Below are positions 13,806 through 28,141 of a stretch of DNA of 64,000 nucleotides, piece by piece. The stretch's first letter is position 1. Each line of letters opens with the position of its first letter. Under the pieces are notes generated by a model. That model ran no database searches. It was not told the origin of the DNA and saw only the letters and a program-made list of their open reading frames with translations. Both the position numbers and the translations under genes were made by a program. Source of the DNA: Octopus bimaculoides (lineage: Eukaryota); the NCBI RefSeq assembly GCF_001194135.2, contig NC_069001.1:25048433-25112432 (forward strand), given 5' to 3'.

Positions 13806-15139
13806 AGGCGCACTACTAGCTGTGTGGTAAGAAGCTTGCTTCCCAACCACATGGTTCCGGAATCAATCCTACCGCGTGGCATCTNNNNNNNNNNNNNNNN
13901 NNNNNNNNNNNNNNNNNNNNNNNNNNNNNNNNNNNNNNNNNNNNNNNNNNNNNNNNNNNNNNNNNNNNNNNNNNNNNNNNNNNNNNNNNNNNNNNNNNNN
14001 NNNNNNNNNNNNNNNNNNNNNNNNNNNNNNNNNNNNNNNNNNNNNNNNNNNNNNNNNNNNNNNNNNNNNNNNNNNNNNNNNNNNNNNNNNNNNNNNNNNN
14101 NNNNNNNNNNNNNNNNNNNNNNNNNNNNNNNNNNNNNNNNNNNNNNNNNNNNNNNNNNNNNNNNNNNNNNNNNNNNNNNNNNNNNNNNNNNNNNNNNNNN
14201 NNNNNNNNNNNNNNNNNNNNNNNNNNNNNNNNNNNNNNNNNNNNNNNNNNNNNNNNNNNNNNNNNNNNNNNNNNNNNNNNNNNNNNNNNNNNNNNNNNNN
14301 NNNNNNNNNNNNNNNNNNNNNNNNNNNNNNNNNNNNNNNNNNNNNNNNNNNNNNNNNNNNNNNNNNNNNNNNNNNNNNNNNNNNNNNNNNNNNNNNNNNN
14401 NNNNNNNNNNNNNNNNNNNNNNNNNNNNNNNNNNNNNNNNNNNNNNNNNNNNNNNNNNNNNNNNNNNNNNNNNNNNNNNNNNNNNNNNNNNNNNNNNNNN
14501 NNNNNNNNNNNNNNNNNNNNNNNNNNNNNNNNNNNNNNNNNNNNNNNNNNNNNNNNNNNNNNNNNNNNNNNNNNNNNNNNNNNNNNNNNNNNNNNNNNNN
14601 NNNNNNNNNNNNNNNNNNNNNNNNNNNNNNNNNNNNNNNNNNNNNNNNNNNNNNNNNNNNNNNNNNNNNNNNNNNNNNNNNNNNNNNNNNNNNNNNNNNN
14701 NNNNNNNNNNNNNNNNNNNNNNNNNNNNNNNNNNNNNNNNNNNNNNNNNNNNNNNNNNNNNNNNNNNNNNNNNNNNNNNNTAAAACTGTGAAGTTGCAGC
14801 TTACTTCACAGTTTTGCTGTATTATAGTCTTCTACTATAACCTCGGGCGGACCAAAGCCTTGTGAGGGGATTTGGTAGATGGAAACTGAAAGAAGCCCAT
14901 CGTATATATGTATATGTATATATATGTGTATGTGTGTTTGTGTGTCTATGTTTGTCCCCCCTACATCGCTTGCCAACCAATGCTGGTGTGTTTATGTCAC
15001 CGTAACTTAGCGGTTCGGCAATAGAGACCCATAGAATAAGTACGAGGCTTACAAAGAATAAGTCCTGGGGTCGATTTGCTCGGCTAAAAAGCGGTGCTCC
15101 AGCATGGCCAAAGTCAAATGACTGAAACAAGTAAAAGAG
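13806..15139 (+). mobile_element. SINE family A split by an assembly gap (head 13806-13884, body 14831-15139)
   Basis: Head aggcgcactactagctgtgtggtaagaagcttgc; body ttctactataacctcgggcggaccaaagcc...gactgaaacaagtaaaagag. The two parts could be one copy or two. Confidence 0.8.
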
Positions 15140-15187
15140 NNNNNNNNNNNNNNNNNNNNNNNNNNNNNNNNNNNNNNNNNNNNNNNN

Positions 15188-15229
<42 letters not shown>

Positions 15230-15305
15230 TCGCCATGATAGATCGCTGACCACTACATTTATATTTTTTTCTCTCTCGTTTCTTTCTGTGTTCCTTTCAG
15301 TTGAA
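15230..15305 (+). mobile_element. Probable Penelope-like terminal (pseudo-LTR) fragment
   Basis: ctctcgtttctttctgtgttcctttcagttgaa resembles the region just upstream of the hammerhead-like motif at 48011-48026; otherwise based on recalled repeat consensus. Confidence 0.35.
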
Positions 15306-18300
15306 TATGGATGAGGTTGATTTCTAATGAAGTGTCAGAGTGAATTGAAAATTAAATATCTCGTACGAGAGGCTGATTAGTGTAATTCACAATAATGGTT
15401 AAGGTTTCGAAAATGATATTTACTGGTCCTTAGAAGATCCAGATGCACGTGAGATCTCAGTGAGGCATTCATTATGACTTCTTCCTAGACACAAAGTCAT
15501 TATGTATCAGTTATTTCAATGCTGATAGAAAGTGATAAATTAAGAACAGATTAATAGATATGGTTTTGCAAATAAAATTCGAAACATTATTGAAGTGGTG
15601 ACTTTTTCTTAGACAGGCTTCCCATACATTCCATGATACAGGACAATAGTACCACGACCGTTTTTCCCTATATTGACAGAATATTCATTGTTGCTGGTTA
15701 GATCAACGTCAGATTTTGACGGGAAGAACGATGGTCAAATGATTTCATTCCCTTGATCATAGAATCTGAGAGAGATAGAGTCGTTAATGATGAAGCAAAC
15801 TGCAAATGAAATTACTACTTCGTACTTCCTATAACTGAATCAAAATACAAGAAACCTAGTGATGTATTTATATGTTACTTCATCCGCGCCGTCGCCATCG
15901 GTGTTAACATAAAAATCGCCTGTCACGCTTTTTTTCCCCAATATAACTTAATAACACTCAGTGATAATGCTGCACCTCCTTTTGGATGCGACTAATCCAG
16001 CTCTCCTTATATATATCCCATAACGCAATTACATATTAGTGAATAGCTGTTCAAACCATCGTGGCTCAGGTGTCATGCTGATGTATATTCGATTACATGA
16101 ATATAAGTATATATACTTATTTGACCGATTTCAAATCGATGCAAAGTAAAGTCACATTTGGTAGTAAAATGAACGGACAGTGACAGATATCTTCACTTAC
16201 CGAGCGTGGATTCTTACTGCAAATTACTTCTCCTTGCATCGTTCGGGTCATGCAAATCATCATGTGTGGATTATAGGACATTTGTGATAATTCCTACGAA
16301 TAAGACTTCACAGGGAGTAATAATCAGTAATGTACATGTGAATAAATCAGCATTTGTCATGTTTTACAACATCAGTAAATCAGCCTATTAACCTTCGCAG
16401 AATTCTCAAGATGCAAATTCCAACATTACTTTGTTAGATATCTATTCTTTCAATCAGCATTTGACTGAGTTACAACTTCTTTCTTCTTATCTATATATTG
16501 TAAGGAATAACAGGACTGCCAAATTATTTAACAAATAATTTTCGAAAATTTACTAAAAGTATTTTACCAAATTGAATTTGAAAAGCATGCAGTTAAGTTA
16601 ATTTTATTAAGAGCTTGCTAAGCAATCCAATTCCATCATATTTATATTTATATAATTTTATATCATTTTTATATTTATATAAATTTATTTCAGTAACCAT
16701 TTTGTACATGCTGTTTTGTTTTGTTACTTTTCCAATTAATAAGTAATTTTATGTTTCCTAATTTTCCATTAACAGTTTTATATCATTATATTGTTTATCA
16801 AAGCAAACAGCATTGCTATTAGAACAGAAGAAAGAAAGAATATTACTAAAATTATTCCTTTTAATACAATTGAGAAACCAAATATATCTCCATATTTTTG
16901 TCTATCAAAATAATTCTCGTTTTATTCTGATTCTCAAATTTCCCTTTTAGGCATCTCCAGCCAATCGGTAGAAATAAATTTATGATTTTTTTTCATGAAT
17001 TATTTTAGGGAATTTGAAGCCTAATTAGTTTAATTTAAAATGGCTGCTCTAGAGACACATATTCCAAATCTAAAGACTAAAATGGTTGTAACTCCGTGAA
17101 CGAGCTTCCATGCTCAAAGGGATGTATCAATATTTAAATGTTGTAGCTGAAATTATTGGACTATATTTGGTGACGATTCTTAAAGAAAATCCTAGAAGAA
17201 TGCCTAAAGAAACAGATTCCTGTTCATTACTTCCAGATCAATGTCCGCAGCGCATTTCTGTTAATGGACTATCATGGGAGGAGCATTGATATTAAGCATC
17301 GTTATATTTGCTTCATTTTATATTCTCCCTTGAATAAATTTAAAAACATATACCTTTCACAGGGTTGTTGATGGATACACGAGCCTTTCAATTCATGAGT
17401 TCTAAGTATGGAACTTAATGTTTTATTTATTTATATATGATAGAATGAAAGATAAAAATGCTAAACATATTTATGCAGTTGAATTCTGCAAACCTAATGT
17501 TGTAGTTGTTTAAGATATCATCTGATGTTGCAGAAGCAAATACGAAAACAAGCTTTTGTCATTGATTCAGTAGTCTTTCAATCGTGCAACGGGGGTTAAA
17601 GAATATTTTTTTCCTGACGATTAACTTGTTTCAATGCCAGAAATACTACATAATAAACAAAATTTCTTCAGGCTATTTCGGAAAAAAGAGAAGAAAACTA
17701 GTACTCTCTGTCACCTATTCTAAAGAAGTTAGAAGATCGGAATATCTTATTCGTTGCATTTTAAGGACTTGAATGTCATATATTATTTGGTATAAGGATA
17801 AGACATTCAAAAGACATTCAGCATTAGTTATTGCTCCCATCATTATCACTTGTCACCGCCATATACTAGCAAACACTTTTATCGAAAAGTGTGACGTAGG
17901 TGTGTAAGTGAATTGGGTAAATGATTTCGATAAAAGTTCAACATACTTCAACTTCTTAAATGGTTAATAAAGAAAATCTAGATCGATTTTTTCTACATAG
18001 ATAGTTTGTTCCATGTAAGGGTGATAAATTTCATGTATTTTCCAAGAATGATATTATGAAACATATTCCTTTTATATGTATATATAAAAATGCTTCATAA
18101 TTATATGAAGGATTATTCCTTAACATCTTTTTAATTATGACACGCATTATAACCAAATACCAACGGAATTTCGGTTCACGAAGAATTACATGACTCACGG
18201 TATATGAAAAATTACAATACTGCAGTAAATGAATCACTTTCGTTGTCTATATTTCAATATTTTAAAATATTTGCCTCTTTTTTCTGAACATGTTTGGCAA

Positions 18301-18999
18301 GTAAGATGCACAAATTACTGTACATATTAAAATATGTTTAAATTTAATATTTAATTTCTATGTACTTCGAATAACGCAAACATAAAACATTGCTTTAATA
18401 ATTCTAAAAGTATTAAGCCAAATTTGAATCATTTGACGTTTCTGCAGAAATCGAATTTTTAAGCAGATTTATGTGGACTTAATTTCTTCAGTGGATTTTC
18501 ACTATAATCAATGTCATTATCATTCCTTTTCTCTTCCATTATGAACTCTGGCAAGAGATAAATCTAAATTAGATAAAGGTATAATCGTTAAACAAAAGTA
18601 ACATACAAAACATATATAGACCTTTCCACCTAACAATTCACGAAATCATTAAAAATAATTACATTGTGTAAAATTGTCTGGCACCAAAACATGTTTCTCT
18701 AATAAAAAAATTAAGGATTAGGAAATGAAAATACCCTATACAACGTAGTGTCAGCAATATGCGATCCAATTTTCCGGTTTAACATTATGTATCACAAATG
18801 CCATGCAACCTATACCATTCACGGTTATTCTCAGCTCACAGTGTGAACATACTTACAATAATTCAAAGTATTGAACATTTCCTCGCGACATAAAGCGGTA
18901 AATATTGTACATCATCAATTTCCATTCAACTTCGCATATATTCAGGGTAATCGGCCTAAATTAGACAACATTTTATGTTACTTTTTTTCAGTAAAAGTT

Positions 19000-19420
19000 T
19001 GATGTATGGGTGAATAGACATCGGTAGCGGAGAACATATATTTATTAAAGTTGTCGTTGAGAAAAGGCTGATATGGAGGGTTAGATTCTCTCTGAATAAT
19101 GGAAAAGAATTTCGTGTATCATGAAACTTTGTGCCGGGTGTCAGAATGCCGACAACATGACTGCTCAGAGATTTGTGAATCCTAGAAACGTGGTAAGACA
19201 CGTCATGTATAGCGGCAATGGAAACTCCAAAGCCGTGGCCAGCTAGCTGGAAGAGACATTCTAGCCGCCTCTGCACGACAGAATTCGCCCATACATCATT
19301 GAAAAGAGCCTTAGGCGTAATTCAGAAACTGCTGGAGACTGGCTAATCCCTGGTTGAAGAGGATTGCTGCAAATCCAGAAGTGTGAGAGCAGGATTCTTC
19401 TCATTGCCCCGATTTCTGGC
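19000..19420 (+). mobile_element. Degraded RTE-like LINE 3' coding remnant
   Basis: Fragmentary similarity to the RTE C-terminus (xRMPDxRLP, and terminal CRSRIGLxSH-like aagtgtgagagcaggattcttctcat); many stops and frameshifts. Confidence 0.35.
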
Positions 19421-21866
19421 CTCCTAAACCTCCNNNNNNNNNNNNNNNNNNNNNNNNNNNNNNNNNNNNNNNNNNNNNNNNNNNNNNNNNNNNNNNNNNN
19501 NNNNNNNNNTGGAATACCAGTACTGAATTAGGAGCCAAGATAGAAGAGTTTGGAGATATTCCAAGGGATACAGTGGAGAAGACATACCCCAGTTGCTGTA
19601 CTGTGTCAAATGCACGTGAAGATATTTCGGTTTGTATGTTTCCAAATACTAAGTTAGTCATGCTGATGTGAGATCGGTTAATATTTCATTTATCAGTGGA
19701 GCTCATTTTAGACTGTTATATATGTTTTCATATAGTTGGATTGATATGGAAAACAGATGTAGCAGAACTTTGCATTTGTCAAATTCAACGTATCATGTTA
19801 AAGCGAAATGTTTTGCATTATGTTATGATTTCATCTTTTGAATGCAGGATCGATTACGTTATATGTAACGGGTAGTATACCACTTCAGTTCGAACAGTGA
19901 ATATTGATTTGAAACATGTTCCCTGAGGTGTTGAAAAAATCAATTTGTGTGATATTTAGTTTCTTCCATTTTAATTTACACACACAATCTTACCAATTCC
20001 AACAACAACACTTTGGCTATTCTGGATTCGATTACGTATGTTCCTATCAATTAAGAGATATGACTACACAGACACACATACTCTATCTCTCACACACTCA
20101 CACAACACCCCCACACACTACAACTCTTACACACATATATCCTGCGCCATATTCAGTTCTGTCTGTGGTGTGGCATGTGTGTGAATGACCCAGCGGTTCG
20201 CAAGCTTTTGTTAGAACCTCTCTGGAAATGTCGAAGGGTAGAGGTCAAACAAATAGAGGCCACCTCTTCATAAAGATAAAGAGAGTGTTGCCTATGGCCA
20301 AGAATTCTACCATGAAGGAAAACAAATCTACAGAAGAATGGACGAATTCGAACCAACTATGTCTGGAAGAAAGATAGCTCAGTGTAAAGAACAGCGAAGA
20401 AAAATCGTTGAAATATATATATATACGCACTGTTTGAGTGAGTGCACGTATTTTCTTTTTTTTGTGTGTATACGTGTGAGTGAGTGTATGTGTTTGTGCG
20501 TGTATGAGATTATATACGTTTATTTTATATTATAATCATAACGGGAAGCAGTTCTCGCGACTCTTTAAGAGGACTTCCTGACTTATGTAAATGGCAGAAT
20601 GAGGTATAAGCAAAGAGTGGACCTGAAACGAATGCATTCAAAATTTGGGACTAGTCTAAAGGCATCTATGCTTTACGATGTTGGTTCAATAATTTATGTT
20701 TACTAACCAAGACGTTTAAGGCACTTTTGAAACCAGATGGTGAAAATCAGAAATGAATGCCATTCTCCATCCAACTTAATTTTCTTAGTGTTTCGATAAT
20801 GCACTACACCGCCCTGGTTAGATGGACCTCTAACCAAGGGTAGCCTCTGATGGCCTTGATCGACATTTTGTGGAAGACGAAAGGTACAAATTCAGGGCGG
20901 TGGTTTAGCAGAACTGTGATACAGACTAAACACACGCACACTGACATATGAGAAAGGCGTCACAGAGTTTCCGTCGACGAAATAGAATTTGCATCGTATA
21001 TTTTTAGAAAGAATATGCTCAAGGCGTCGAATATGCGACACAACCGATCTTTAAGCCGACTTATTTACCAAAAAGCTAATCTTGCGCCGACTTAAATATA
21101 ATTCTGTACAATTTACAACAAATGCCGACTATGCTAATGTTATTACGATTACGTCATTTTATTATCGTGTTTTATTACAAGAATTAGCTAAGACATTTTG
21201 TTAAATTTAAACTACCTCACTTCGAATTTTATTTCGTCTACCATGTCAGTGCAATATGAACAGAAATAATATTATAGTTTAAATGAGACGAAAAAAAAAA
21301 TATAATCTATTGAAGTCTGCATTTAATCGCCTCCCTGCATGCACTAGTGTTAGACCAAAAACAACACAAATGAAGGTTATGACCGTAACAGTAAAAAATT
21401 TGTATATAAATGTGTTTTCTCGTGTGTGATGATTGTGAAGACCCTTGTTGACCCGCGACTTTGATAAAATGTCTGACATAAAAGAAATATGTAAAACATT
21501 TATTTTATTGCACATTTGTGAAATAGACTGTGCCAATTGCTTGATGTTTTATGATCAAACTTTCTCTCAATAATTTATGAACAGCACCTGCACGAAAAAG
21601 TAATAGCTTGGAGTTAACATATACTGTAGGGAGCATTTCCAGTCAAACTAAAAATTATTACGCGGCGAAGAAAAGAAGTAATTCAATGAATACTATTTTT
21701 GTATTTGTCTCCATAAGTTCGGAAAAGAACTTAGGATATTTTCGCTCTTATCTGCGAAGTAGTTACTTCACATTATTTACAAGATTATTGAAACTATTAG
21801 AGTATAAACCGCGCTAGATGCGCACTATAAAGGTGCAAGCTGAGTTGATATATATATATATATGTG

Positions 21867-21944
<78 letters not shown>

Positions 21945-22259
21945 TCGAACAATGCGAATGAGTGCTCAACAACGCATTAATGGATAACATTTCTATATAT
22001 TAAGGTTACCCTTGGTTTCATGTCAAGAAAATATCATAATATCTTAACAATTTTTCAAGCCAATCACATGCAGGAGTCGTGTTTGTTCCCACTTTGGATG
22101 AAGACATGAAAGGTAACAAGTTCGAAGCCTGAAGCAAAGTATAGCGTTTCATCAATGAGATATGATAGAGATTTCAAATTATCTGTTCTTTTATTTGCAA
22201 TTTTTACAATTTTACAATATTGAAATATACTAGTTCGTTCATACGTTACGCAAACATCA

Positions 22260-23095
22260 GGTTCATGCAAGTGACAGTCGTGCTCCGACTATGGACAATC
22301 ACGTTCCAATTAATGAACACGATTGCCATTACATAAACCTGATGATTGCATAACACATGAAAATAGTAAAATTGTGTAAAATTTGTTCCCAGGGTGCTCA
22401 GGAAAAGGATGTGTTGGTGATGACGGGGAGATGATTGAGCTCAATACCTCCATCCCAAAAGAATTAGAATCTCTGTGACGTGTAACTAAAGATGGAACTG
22501 TTATAACGCATACATCAAGAAACGGAGTGTCCAATAGTGGCATCCTGGTCCCCGCAGACCCAAGAATATCAAGCAAAATATGTCCACCACGAAGATCATG
22601 ATGATCCCCTTTTTTGACTGCTAGGGCATCATATACATCCGCAGTGTTCTTTCTGAGCAGACGATCAGTAAATTTTTACTTTGTGGAGGTTTTTGGGGGA
22701 TTTGAGGAAAAGATTTCGCTGCAAAACGCCCGAGCGATCCAACTCGGGTCGGTGTTATCTACACGAATACAAGAAAGCAGAGCACAGTTCATGATAACTA
22801 AATATTTGACAGATATGCATAAACACCGGTCCTTTACATTCCTACAGTCCAGACTCTGTGACTCATGGTTGTTTTTTCTCCCTCAGTGAAAGTCAACCTC
22901 ACAGTGGTAATCATTTTGAAGACATTGATAAGATGAAAGGTGTTGCGACAAGTCTCCTGGACACTTTCACCGTGAGAGACTTCCGTGGGTACTGTACGAA
23001 GTGGATGGGTTGCAACAAGAAAAATAGGGAAGTCAAAGGATCCTAATCTGAAAGAGATTGGAGTTTTCTGAATTTCTTAGAAATTGATAAACGTT
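22260..23095 (+). pseudogene. Old mariner transposase remnant
   Basis: Frameshifted segments match mariner motifs: KICxKFVPRVL (aaaattgtgtaaaatttgttcccagggtgctc), CVGDDGEMIEL, KIMMIPFFD, YSPD..CDxWLF, HFEDIDKMK..ATSLLDTFT..DF.G...KW. Confidence 0.8.
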
Positions 23096-23130
23096 TCTCT
23101 TGAAGAAGTCACAATATTATGCAATGAACC

Positions 23131-23760
23131 TCGTAATATATATATAAGTGAGAATGTATGTGTGTGTGTGTGTGTGTCTGTGTGAATCCCTAAAACTCCA
23201 GAACTACACAACCAATTTCATTCAAATTTTACGCATGCCTTACTTAGGGTCCCGGTTGTGTCTTAGTCAAAACAAATCTTTAACTTCTTGCATAGGTCGA
23301 GCCCACATCAACATAATATCTCCTCCAATATTTAAGTATTACGTGTCAAAAGTGAAACAAAAACACTCATGTCAAATACTTTCACTTTAAAAATGAAACT
23401 TTTCCACTATTTCAGTATCAAAACTAAAACAATCAGATTTCGATTCTGTAATTTTGGGGGGATTAATTTACACTGCAAACGAAAATACAGACATATTATC
23501 ACGGTACATTATTAAACACTTACAGATCTACGCATACATACCTGACGACTGACATGCGTGAAGTTTCAATACGAAATTTTATTTTCATTTCCTTTAAAAC
23601 AATACACATTTACTGTTCCATTACCGGTTAATAATTATCGCGGCAGTTGCAAGGTTGGCAGGTAAAATATAAAATTCTTTGTCTCTCTGTACAAGTGCTT
23701 CTATTTCCTTAATTTACACTGCATACACAAGTACAGACATACAATATACGGTACGTTATT

Positions 23761-23793
<33 letters not shown>

Positions 23794-24840
23794 NNNNNNN
23801 NNNNNNNNNNNNNNNNNNNNNNNNNNNNNNNNNNNNNNNNNNNNNNNNNNNNNNNNNNNNNNNNNNNNNNNNNNNNNNNNNNNNNNNNNNNNNNNNNNNN
23901 NNNNNNNNNNNNNNNNNNNNNNNNNNNNNNNNNNNNNNNNNNNNNNNNNNNNNNNNNNNNNNNNNNNNNNNNNNNNNNNNNNNNNNNNNNNNNNNNNNNN
24001 NNNNNNNNNNNNNNNNNNNNNNNNNNNNNNNNNNNNNNNNNNNNNNNNNNNNNNNNNNNNNNNNNNNNNNNNNNNNNNNNNNNNNNNNNNNNNNNNNNNN
24101 NNNNNNNNNNNNNNNNNNNNNNNNNNNNNNNNNNNNNNNNNNNNNNNNNNNNNNNNNNNNNNNNNNNNNNNNNNNNNNNNNNNNNNNNNNNNNNNNNNNN
24201 NNNNNNNNNNNNNNNNNNNNNNNNNNNNNNNNNNNNNNNNNNNNNNNNNNNNNNNNNNNNNNNNNNNNNNNNNNNNNNNNNNNNNNNNNNNNNNNNNNNN
24301 NNNNNNNNNNNNNNNNNNNNNNNNNNNNNNNNNNNNNNNNNNNNNNNNNNNNNNNNNNNNNNNNNNNNNNNNNNNNNNNNNNNNNNNNNNNNNNNNNNNN
24401 NNNNNNNNNNNNATTACAGAAAACAAAGGCGAGTGTCTCGACAGAGAAAGGAGACGAGACTTTCTCAAGCTCAGCAGATGCATGCCGCAGCACGTCAGTC
24501 TCAAGAGAGAAGGGAGATGAGATTTTCCCAATATCAGCTAAGGCATGCTGTAATACTTAATGCTGAATCATTAGAACAACGTTTAACACGCCAGATTAGA
24601 CGGAGGTCCAATACAATAGCTCTCAGAAATAGATCACATGCAAATTCGCTCTTCGCAACACCAGGAGCTGCTTTCAGATATGATCCATCCTATTCCTATA
24701 AAAATGATAATTCTGTACAAAATGGTGTGCTACACTCAAATTGTCGTTTTTGCAAAGCTTTCAAATTTCGAAATGAAATTAATGGCATGTGCTGCTCGGG
24801 CGGTAAGGTAAGATTGCAAGTACTACCATCTCCTTACCGT
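23131..24840 (+). mobile_element. Helitron 5' fragment: non-coding 5' end plus Rep/helicase N-terminal region, interrupted by a gap
   Basis: ORF 24433-24882 contains an Arg/Gln-rich stretch then AAFRYDP...CRFCKAFKFRNEINGMCCSGGKVRL, the characteristic Cys-rich N-terminus of animal Helitron proteins. Upstream TC-(TA)n-(TG)n...aaaactccagaact...accaattt resembles Helitron/HINE 5' ends. The 5' boundary is tentative. Confidence 0.8.
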
Positions 24841-25452
24841 CTCCCATTGCAACCCATTTCTAGAATGTACCCATTTACCTAGAATATCTCCATTACACCT
24901 CCATTCATTTGACTGTCAACCGTACGACGGGTCGTGTTAGACGTAGCGCTGACCGCCTCAAAGGAGAGTATTCCACTGAGCTTTTCGGTGGGTTAGAAGA
25001 TGATTTCCTCATTCTCTTTTTTAATACTTAGTATATCTAGGACTTTATTGTCCAGTGTTTCCAGCTATTCCGAAGACTGAAAGTTGTAATTTCTAGTATA
25101 TTTAGCTGCCAATATCTATCATATTATACGTTTATATAGCAAATTTATCTTTGATCTTTTATTGATAATAACCAATGATATATTGGGAGTTTAGAAAATT
25201 AAAATCTCGAAGCATATTTATTTGCACTTCATATGTGCACATATAGCAGTGATGATTATATACGTTGCATTCTCCCTACATATATATACCTTGAAATTTG
25301 TATGCTCTCCTTAGTGTGTATCCTATTCCCAACAAAGGTAACACTCTGATGAGTGAAATTATCATGTTAATGTTCTCATCTCCAAAATTTCTAAGCTAAT
25401 GGAAAGTCAGTTTTTATTTGTTTCCCATCTTCCATTTCTACCCACCTCTCAT

Positions 25453-25531
<79 letters not shown>

Positions 25532-26490
25532 GTTTGTGAGTGTGTGTGTGTATCTGTGTGTGTTTGTGGTTGTGTTTCCTACGTCATTCACAAGCAGCAC
25601 ATCTTATTCACAGTAAGCTCAAGTGTATATATACTCTCATATAATAATCGCCATGGGGCTTATATTGTCATGATGTTCGTAAAAAGTTATGTGGTTGCCA
25701 TGGATATCGTCCACCTGTGGCATGCAAATCTATCATCGAGCAACCAACAAATTCTATACTTCTCCCAATTTTAAGATCGGTAACACTTTTAGCACCATTG
25801 AGGCAGTGTTCAGAGTCTTTTTTTTTGCCCCCATTTTTTCTCGCTGACAATATAGAAAAATAAAGCTTAAGTGTTATTTTGCATGTGGATAAGAATGAAA
25901 ATTAAGGATCAGAATATATTTCGACTGACTTAGACGATTGAACCCCTGTATATTTGGTGATCCAGTTATAAATAGCAGCTAAAATCGCGTCCATATTGCA
26001 ACACAATGTATCGGAGACAAGAACATTAGTTGAGATAATATAATTCCTTTTACACTGACCAACAAGTAACACGTGATGATGATTGGCTTGTGGCTATAGA
26101 ACAATACAAATAATGACAATCTGGCTTTATATTTGAAGTGATATTTCAATTAAACTTTTGAAAACTCTACCATCACCGACCAAACCCGAAACATCAATAC
26201 ATTTACCTACTTCATTACTATAAGAAGCAAATATTAACATCGCCACTATTACGACGACAGTCACAGTTAAACCTAAACAGCAACAGAAACCCTACATACA
26301 AGTGCACATTTTAGGCTTCGAACTTAATTAACATTAAGTAATTACTTAAATGTTTTAGATGAACAAAGTTCTTGGTGCTTTGGCACTTTGCCGAACAGTT
26401 GATACCATTTTTTGTTTTGTAACTAGAAGATTTCGAAACACGCAAAATGGACATTTTGTGTCTATGACTATATCTATGTATACGTGTGTG

Positions 26491-26523
<33 letters not shown>

Positions 26524-27441
26524 NNNNNNNNNNNNNNNNNNNNNNNNNNNNNNNNNNNNNNNNNNNNNNNNNNNNNNNNNNNNNNNNNNNNNNNNNATAT
26601 ATATAATGTCTTAATAAAGAAAGTATTATTTATATTCGTATATTTACCAAATTTGGACCGTCTTCAGTCAAGGACACACTTGCCACTTGTGTAGGGGCCT
26701 CATAGGTCTATGGGCTGAATTCCGATATGTGTATTCTGTAGCTATTGCCAATACTTAAATACTATAGGGCCCAGTGCATTGAGTTTGCCGGACGCCTATA
26801 AGGCTGCTAAGAAGGCCCTGCTCCAAGCACAAAATGAAAATTACACTTATAGTACGTTGTGATATAAAGTACCAAAATCTATTGATATATGCAACTATAA
26901 TCTTTATTTACAACTAATGCAGTCCAATAGCTGAAACAGCAGATGACATAAAAATGAACAACTAACCGAGTGAATAACCGCGAAACGGAATACTGACTAC
27001 GAATTCTGAGGTTCCTATATTAAATGCTAAAACATCCGTTATACGCGATGTATGATCTCAAATCACATCATTCTATATTAAAATCGGAAGCATTTATTGT
27101 ATGGTACAATGAGATATACCATGAGTAAAATAGTAAAACGGGACTGATCGCTCTTGAACCAATTTAATAATAGTACAGCTTGACTGCATACTTGAAGAAA
27201 GTAAATCAGAGATCGAAACATGCTCCTTCTTATCTTTAGTCAGGTTACCCTTATCACAGTCATGGATATGATGCATTTGTTGATGAAACAAAGTTTCTTA
27301 ACAATTCGAAACTACCTATACAAGATGGCATAAAATTATCACACTCTCGCAAACTCAATGCAGGAATGAAATATACGGCATTTTCTTGAATGCAAATCCA
27401 TTTTACATATCTCGATGTACATCTTGGCTTTAAGGCTGCGA

Positions 27442-27520
27442 ACTGGAAGAATCATTAGCACACCGGGCAAAATGCTTAGCAACATTTCGTCGGTCTTTAC
27501 ATTCTGGGGTCCACTTTGAC
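27442..27520 (+). mobile_element. SINE family B head fragment
   Basis: gaatcattagcacaccgggcaaaatgcttagcaacatttcgtcggtctttac matches 33898-33950. Confidence 0.75.
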
Positions 27521-27959
27521 TCTCATTCTCGTAGGATTGATGAAATAATAACCTGTTTAGCAACGGGGCTGATGTAATGAACTTATCCTTAACCTGAAAT
27601 TGCTGGAGTTGTACCAAAATGTTTAACCGATCTCTTTGTTTACGTATATGATTATGAGATCTCCAAGTTTAATTTTAAAAAAATATGTACCATATGGGGC
27701 TGGTTTCCAACTCAGAATCTTATTTTATCTGAGCCTGACGCTAACTATGTAACCATATATGTATGTATGTAAATATCAGAATATATGCATGCAACTCTCC
27801 ATATCAGGTAGACTAAATATGCAGAACTATATTTGATTATAAACAAGAAAACATATGATTCTATCTGAAGTAGATATTAAATAATTCAGATTTCAAATTT
27901 TTGTCACAAGAGCAGCTTGGGGTAGGTGAGGAAGAGTAGATTACATTGATCCTAGTCTT

Positions 27960-28120
27960 TAAATGGCACTTTTTGTTTATCGACTCTCGAAAAGAGGAAA
28001 TGCAAAGTCGACCTCGGCGGAATTTCGACTCAGAATACAGCGACAGGCGAATTAACGTCCAGCGATTTCGTCCAGCGATTTCGTCCAGCGTGCTAACGAT
28101 TCTGCCAGCTCGCTGCCTAA
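27960..28120 (-). mobile_element. SINE family B, with an internal 13-bp tandem duplication (gtccagcgatttc)
   Basis: Reverse complement matches 33885-34010 (ggcagcgagctggcagaatcgttagcacg...ttccgccgaggtcgactttgc). Confidence 0.85.
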
Positions 28121-28141
28121 CATGGTAGGATAATGAATATA

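Noticed and set aside
10071-14865. Long ORFs of 300-370 aa, and similar ones at 23.7, 39.0, 43.0, 50.5, 54.6 and 57.3 kb
   Set aside because: They are open only because they cross N gaps.
25346-25370. ctgatgag...gaaa hammerhead core
   Set aside because: No stem II or stem I pairing.
27235-27390. Plus-strand open frame SGYPYHSHGYDAFVDETKF...
   Set aside because: No recognisable homology and no good donor; the neighbouring minus ORF overlaps a SINE head.
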